26,673 nt of DNA from a phage, in NCBI GenBank assembly GCA_014436445.1, contig GCA_014436445.1_4089.1. One strand, given 5' to 3'. Numbering within the stretch: position 1 is the stretch's first letter; the number at the start of each line of letters is the position of its first letter. The notes beneath the pieces were generated by a model, which was not told where the DNA came from, did not search any database, and worked only from the letters and a program-made list of their open reading frames with translations. The translations under genes were made by a program, and so were the position numbers. Positions 22,776 to 26,673 of the stretch are shown in pieces.

Positions 22776-22955
22776 TTATATAGATGCCAGGGCGAGGATT
22801 TCCCTGTAGGGATTATCTTGTGTTAGTACAGCATAAATGCAGTTATTGAGATTAATATTTTTAGTACTTTTTGTTCCTAGTTTGTAGTACTTCACGAAGG
22901 TGTCGTACATGAAACGGTCTTTTATGGTTATACGTTCTCTATAGAATTGTTGCAT
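22776..22955 (-). CDS. small-protein paralog array, member 7 (59 aa; MQQFYRERITIKDRFMYDTFVKYYKLGTKSTKNINLNNCIYAVLTQDNPYREILALASI)
   Basis: Not in the track (59 aa). AAGGAA Shine-Dalgarno; central NNCIYAVL and C-terminal ILALASI fit the family. Confidence 0.5.
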   Translation of the reverse strand: MQQFYRERITIKDRFMYDTFVKYYKLGTKSTKNINLNNCIYAVLTQDNPYREILALASI

Positions 22956-22963
22956 AGTATTCC

Positions 22964-23146
22964 TTAAATAGCGATTAGTTTCATTACTTCTCTGTATGTG
23001 TACTTTTCGTTTTGTGCATCTCTTGTGACGACATATAGGAAGGTGTGTTTATCTTTTTTGTTCCCGCAATTGTAGAAAATATTGAACTTATTGAAGTTGA
23101 ATCTTTCGGCGTGTTGTAGTTTAGTTAAATAGAATTCTATATTCAT
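22964..23146 (-). CDS. small-protein paralog array, member 6 (60 aa)
   Basis: Track ORF; MNIEFYLTKL...YNCGN...MKLIAI. Confidence 0.55.
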   Translation of the reverse strand: MNIEFYLTKLQHAERFNFNKFNIFYNCGNKKDKHTFLYVVTRDAQNEKYTYREVMKLIAI

Positions 23147-23154
23147 TTTCTTCC

Positions 23155-23340
23155 TTACATTTCAATAAGTTTAAGTACTGCTCGGTACGTGTACTTAGTT
23201 GTTAGTGCTTCTTTAATAGAAATACAGAAGTAATGTTGTTTGTCTCTTATACTGCCGCGTTTGTAGTACCACACATGGGAGTTGTGACTGTACTTGTCTC
23301 TGTCGGATAGTTGTTGGTAGTAGTAGCTTATATGATTCAT
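23155..23340 (-). CDS. small-protein paralog array, member 5 (61 aa)
   Basis: Track ORF; MNHISYYYQQL...FCISIKEAL...LKLIEM. Confidence 0.55.
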   Translation of the reverse strand: MNHISYYYQQLSDRDKYSHNSHVWYYKRGSIRDKQHYFCISIKEALTTKYTYRAVLKLIEM

Positions 23341-23392
23341 TATAATGTAATTAGCCTTACTATATTAAAGTACTCGGTCCCTGGTGTACCTT

Positions 23393-23587
23393 TTAGAACT
23401 TAAAGATGAGGTTCAGGATAGAGCGGTACTTAGTTGCAGGGAACGTATGTTCTATTGCATAACGTGTCACCATCCTGAAATCGTAATTATAATACAGATT
23501 ATCCTTTCTCATAGGTGGTGCTAAAGAGAATGATAGCTGTTCTTGTTTGGGTAGTTTACTACAATAGAAATCTTTATGATTATTCAT
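23393..23587 (-). CDS. small-protein paralog array, member 4 (64 aa)
   Basis: Track ORF; MNNHKDFYCSKLPKQEQ...ILNLIFKF. Confidence 0.55.
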   Translation of the reverse strand: MNNHKDFYCSKLPKQEQLSFSLAPPMRKDNLYYNYDFRMVTRYAIEHTFPATKYRSILNLIFKF

Positions 23588-23789
23588 AGAAATATATTAG
23601 TCCTATTAAACCAGAGTACATAATATTTTTGTTATTACATTCGATTGCTTCTAGAGTACTACGTATACAATTATTAAAGCAATCTCTGGCGTGTGGTGTA
23701 TCTATACTTAAAGGTGATACACTCCTTAGAAACAATTGTTCTTCGTTGCTAAGGTATTTGGTGTAGAATTCTTTATGTTCAGTATTCAT
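23580..23789 (-). CDS. small-protein paralog array, member 3 (69 aa)
   Basis: Track ORF; MNTEHKEFYTKYLSNEEQ...NNCIRSTL...LIGLIYFYE; 8-nt overlap with member 4. Confidence 0.6.
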   Translation of the reverse strand: MNTEHKEFYTKYLSNEEQLFLRSVSPLSIDTPHARDCFNNCIRSTLEAIECNNKNIMYSGLIGLIYFYE

Positions 23790-23790
23790 A

Positions 23791-23994
23791 TTAGTACTCG
23801 ATTAAAAGGGCAAGGATATAATAGTATTGCATACTTTCTGCCCCTTGTAAAGCATTTCTTATGATATTATTCCTGTACGAGTTCAGGAGTTTAGGACAAC
23901 GTTTGTAGTGTATAATAGTATTTTGTGTATACAGTAGGCTTTCTCGTAGACCTTTTGTTGGTAGTGCATCGATGTAGTACTGTTCGATATTCAT
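23791..23994 (-). CDS. small-protein paralog array, member 2 (67 aa)
   Basis: Track ORF; MNIEQYYIDALP...YYILALLIEY. Confidence 0.6.
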   Translation of the reverse strand: MNIEQYYIDALPTKGLRESLLYTQNTIIHYKRCPKLLNSYRNNIIRNALQGAESMQYYYILALLIEY

Positions 23995-24218
23995 ATAGAT
24001 AGCAGTACTAAGATTTTTGATAATTGTTTATTGCTATCCCCGCAGATGTTGCTGTGTAAAATACTCACAATGAGGGTATCAATTGCATTGTTCATCATAA
24101 GGGTGCATCCTGGACTATTATAATTTTTTAGCTCAATTAGCCACGAACTATCCGAGAGAAACTCCCCGTACTCTAGTTCATTTAGAGTATTGAGGTAGTA
24201 CTTAAGAGTATTTGTCAT
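23991..24218 (-). CDS. small-protein paralog array, member 1 (75 aa), first gene after the array promoter
   Basis: Track ORF; AAGGAG Shine-Dalgarno; MTNTLKYYLNTL...PGCTLMMNNAI...ILVLLSI. Confidence 0.55.
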   Translation of the reverse strand: MTNTLKYYLNTLNELEYGEFLSDSSWLIELKNYNSPGCTLMMNNAIDTLIVSILHSNICGDSNKQLSKILVLLSI

Positions 24219-24243
24219 GTGTAGTTCTCCTTATATTCCTTCT

Positions 24244-24272
24244 ATAGTACAACAGTACTGAAAGGATGTCAA
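24244..24272 (-). promoter_or_regulatory. promoter for the paralog array (TTGACA, 17 nt, TACTAT)
   Basis: Minus-strand TTGACA at 24272-24267 and TACTAT at 24249-24244 in the divergent intergenic region; no further consensus promoter was seen inside the array. Confidence 0.45.
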
Positions 24273-24274
24273 GG

Positions 24275-24304
24275 GTTTTCTTTATTGGGTAAATATGATA
24301 TAAT
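24275..24304 (+). promoter_or_regulatory. candidate TG-extended -10 promoter (TGATATAAT) for the first RCC1-like gene
   Basis: TGATATAAT at 24296-24304 about 16 nt before the GGAGGG Shine-Dalgarno; the -35 is poor. Confidence 0.35.
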
Positions 24305-24320
24305 GAATAAGGAGGGAATT

Positions 24321-25469
24321 ATGTTACCTTTTGCAAGAATGGTTAAGTACGGGAATATTGCCCCTGGTGATGATGGACGTTTTAAAATATATTCCAGTGA
24401 TTCCATGTATCTTCATGATACTTATACTGATAAGTTGTATGCATCTTCTGCGACGAATTGGGGTACTGGAACAGGTGTAGCATCGAGTAAATTTATTCTT
24501 TGTGCGGAGAATGTTAAACGAGTTCTATTGGAAGATAACAGTAGTGATTGTCAATTGTATGAAGAGAAAGGTACTGGAAAAGTTTTTATCACTGGTAACA
24601 CGAAGGCATTCACTGGTGTAACTGATAGAAAAACTTTGTGGACGGACTGTACTACGTGGATAACATCAAGTGGTATTAATGTTTCTGATATAAAATACAT
24701 GAGTAGTTTTTATGATATGAAGGTGAATTTGATAACAAACGATGGTACATTGTATTGTTGTGGAGCTAACAATATATCGAACATATCATCATTTGGTGAT
24801 GGCACAAACATTAATTCTTTTAACACATTCAAAAGAGTAGATACTATAACTTCGGTTAAAAAGGCAGTTGGTAACATTTATTTGCGAGAAGATAATACTT
24901 TATGGGGTTGTGGTTTTAACTATTACTACCAGTTGGGCACGGGTAATCAAACTTCTATTACTGGGGTGACGATGATTTCTTCGGATGTTATAGATTTTAA
25001 TGTAAGTTATCAGAGTACATTTTTTATCAAATCGGATAATAATTTGTACGCTTGTGGTAAACAGTTCGGTGCACAATATGGGAACGAATTTGGTACAGGT
25101 GGTACTTCTACATCTACAGATATACAATATCAAACTCCGACATTATTGAGTTCAGGAGTTTATACTCTATATACTTGTGTTGGTAACATGGCATCACATA
25201 TTGTCAAAGCAGATGAAGTTCTATATGCTTCTGGAACGAATGGGTTTGGGCAATTAGGTGTTGGTAATAATAATAATCAGTACTCCTATACTCCTTCTTA
25301 TACTTCTTTTAATAGTTCGTGTGATTTGGTACGCAGTCCATCTGGATCACTTATACTTACGGATACTGGAAAATTATATTATTGTGGCATTGCAATAGTA
25401 GTAATGGGTGGTATTTCTGGACAGAACGTTCTTAATTATACAGAAGTAGATATGTCATTTATACAATGA
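24321..25469 (+). CDS. RCC1-like repeat (beta-propeller) protein, paralog 1 (382 aa)
   Basis: Track ORF 24285..25469 trimmed to the ATG at 24321 (GGAGGG Shine-Dalgarno; identical start context to paralog 2). Repeats fit the RCC1 blade signature: TLYCCGANN...FGDG, TLWGCGFNYYYQLGTG, NLYACGKQFGAQYGNEFGTG, VLYASGTNGFGQLGVG, KLYYCG. Confidence 0.7.
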   Translation: MLPFARMVKYGNIAPGDDGRFKIYSSDSMYLHDTYTDKLYASSATNWGTGTGVASSKFILCAENVKRVLLEDNSSDCQLYEEKGTGKVFITGNTKAFTGVTDRKTLWTDCTTWITSSGINVSDIKYMSSFYDMKVNLITNDGTLYCCGANNISNISSFGDGTNINSFNTFKRVDTITSVKKAVGNIYLREDNTLWGCGFNYYYQLGTGNQTSITGVTMISSDVIDFNVSYQSTFFIKSDNNLYACGKQFGAQYGNEFGTGGTSTSTDIQYQTPTLLSSGVYTLYTCVGNMASHIVKADEVLYASGTNGFGQLGVGNNNNQYSYTPSYTSFNSSCDLVRSPSGSLILTDTGKLYYCGIAIVVMGGISGQNVLNYTEVDMSFIQ

Positions 25470-25477
25470 ATTAATAT

Positions 25478-25506
25478 GCCAGTACTTGATACTGGCTTTT
25501 CTTTTT
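25478..25506 (+). terminator. intrinsic terminator
   Basis: GCCAGTACTTGATACTGGC stem followed by TTTTCTTTTT directly after the stop at 25469. Confidence 0.6.
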
Positions 25507-25541
25507 GTATTAAATATAGTATAATGAATAAAGGAGGAATT

Positions 25542-26673
25542 ATGTTACCTTTTGCAAGAATGGTTAAGTACGGGAATATTGCACCTGCACAAATCGGTAG
25601 ATATAAAATATACAGTTCATCTTCTTCACTATTTTTATTGGATACCCAAAAACACAATTTGTACAGTACATCGAACATTAATTATACTAGTGGTACAGGT
25701 AATGTTGAGCCTAAATTTGTGTTAAGTGCAACTAATGTTAAAAGATTATTACTATCTGATAATAGTTGTGCAATGCAAATATATGAAGATATGAATGGGC
25801 GTGCAGCGATGTGTGGCACAAGAACTGCATATAGTGGGGTTGCAAATGATAATGTACTGGTATGGACGGATTGCACTACATGGTTCACAAATGTAGGGTT
25901 GAATGTATCAGATATTCAGTACATGTCTGGTTTTTATAATCTGAAACTAAACATAGTTATGAATAATGGTGATTTGTGGTGTAGTGGGAAAAACAACACT
26001 ACTACTATGTCATCATTTGGTAATAGCACAAATATCGATTCATTCAATCAGTTTACCAAAATAACAACAATATCAAATGTTATTAAAGCCACCGGGAATA
26101 TATACTTATGTGCAGATAATACTTTATGGGGATGTGGTTTTAACTCTTACTATCAGTTAGGGACAGGTAATCAAACATCCAGTATTAATTTGATTATGAT
26201 GGCTTCTAATGTTATCGACTGTAATGTTGGTCTTCAAAATACTTATTACTTGACTAATAATAAAGAACTTTATGGATGTGGTACACAATTTGGTACAACT
26301 TACGGGAATGAATTTGGAACAGGAAGGCAGGGAACAGCAATACAATATAAGACTCCTACTATAATTTTCACAAATGCAGATGGTATGGCTGTTTGTGTCG
26401 GTAATATGTCTACTCATGTTATTCAATATGATAAAGTTTTTAGTTCTGGTAATAATGCCCTTGCACAGTTGGGTGTAGGCAACCGTGACAATGTGTACAC
26501 ATATACACAATCATTTGATAATTTCAAAATGGATTCTTCTATAGTACGTGCAAACGTTGGAACATTGATAATGACAGCGGACAATAAGTTATATTACAGT
26601 GGGAGAAATGATGTTGTTATGGGTGGAACAAGCACACAATACACGACGGTTTTCAGTGAAGTTAATATGTCAT
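25542..26673 (+). CDS. RCC1-like repeat protein, paralog 2 (5' portion, runs off window end)
   Basis: ATG at 25542 after an AAGGAGG Shine-Dalgarno; first 14 residues MLPFARMVKYGNIA identical to paralog 1; repeats TLWGCGFNSYYQLGTGNQTS and ELYGCGTQFGTTYGNEFGTG; open to the window end. Not in the track because incomplete. Confidence 0.65.
   Translation, partial: MLPFARMVKYGNIAPAQIGRYKIYSSSSSLFLLDTQKHNLYSTSNINYTSGTGNVEPKFVLSATNVKRLLLSDNSCAMQIYEDMNGRAAMCGTRTAYSGVANDNVLVWTDCTTWFTNVGLNVSDIQYMSGFYNLKLNIVMNNGDLWCSGKNNTTTMSSFGNSTNIDSFNQFTKITTISNVIKATGNIYLCADNTLWGCGFNSYYQLGTGNQTSSINLIMMASNVIDCNVGLQNTYYLTNNKELYGCGTQFGTTYGNEFGTGRQGTAIQYKTPTIIFTNADGMAVCVGNMSTHVIQYDKVFSSGNNALAQLGVGNRDNVYTYTQSFDNFKMDSSIVRANVGTLIMTADNKLYYSGRNDVVMGGTSTQYTTVFSEVNMS

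Noticed and set aside
20744-24218. Possible CRISPR array, considered because of the regular tandem periodicity
   Set aside because: The units are about 190-bp diverged protein-coding genes with start and stop codons, not short identical repeats with unique spacers.
24900-26510. Minus-strand track ORFs 24900..25133, 25436..25678, 25682..25888 and 26157..26510
   Set aside because: They are antisense to the two RCC1-like plus-strand genes, which have Shine-Dalgarno sites and conserved repeats.
1-26673. Integrase, transposase or other mobile-element hallmarks
   Set aside because: No ORF of suitable size or motif, and no terminal inverted repeats bounding a cassette; the repeats present are promoter and terminator modules.

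Overview
The window reads as a compact, AT-rich region of a lytic double-stranded DNA phage; I could not identify the phage from sequence alone. Positions 1-18800 are densely packed with small minus-strand genes (about 30-200 aa), most with their own consensus sigma70-type promoter (TTGACA/TTGCAT, 16-17 nt, TATAAT, often a TG-extended -10), a conserved palindromic leader hairpin and a Shine-Dalgarno site. Positions 18817-20743 are a ~1.9 kb non-coding block with plus-strand promoters, an iteron-like array, phased GATTAC repeats, a near-consensus DnaA box and an 18-bp palindrome family. Positions 20744-24218 hold the most unusual feature: a minus-strand tandem array of about 14 diverged paralogous small genes interrupted by one 223-aa HExxH protein. 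From 24321 a divergent plus-strand pair of RCC1-like repeat proteins runs off the window end. Recognisable products are few: a minimal protein-kinase-like protein, a TraR/DksA zinc finger, a possible GNAT fragment and a signal-peptide protein. No tRNA, rRNA, CRISPR array, integrase or transposase was found. All calls come from reading the sequence by eye; start codons were refined by hand against leader hairpins and Shine-Dalgarno sites, and no database search or folding was run.
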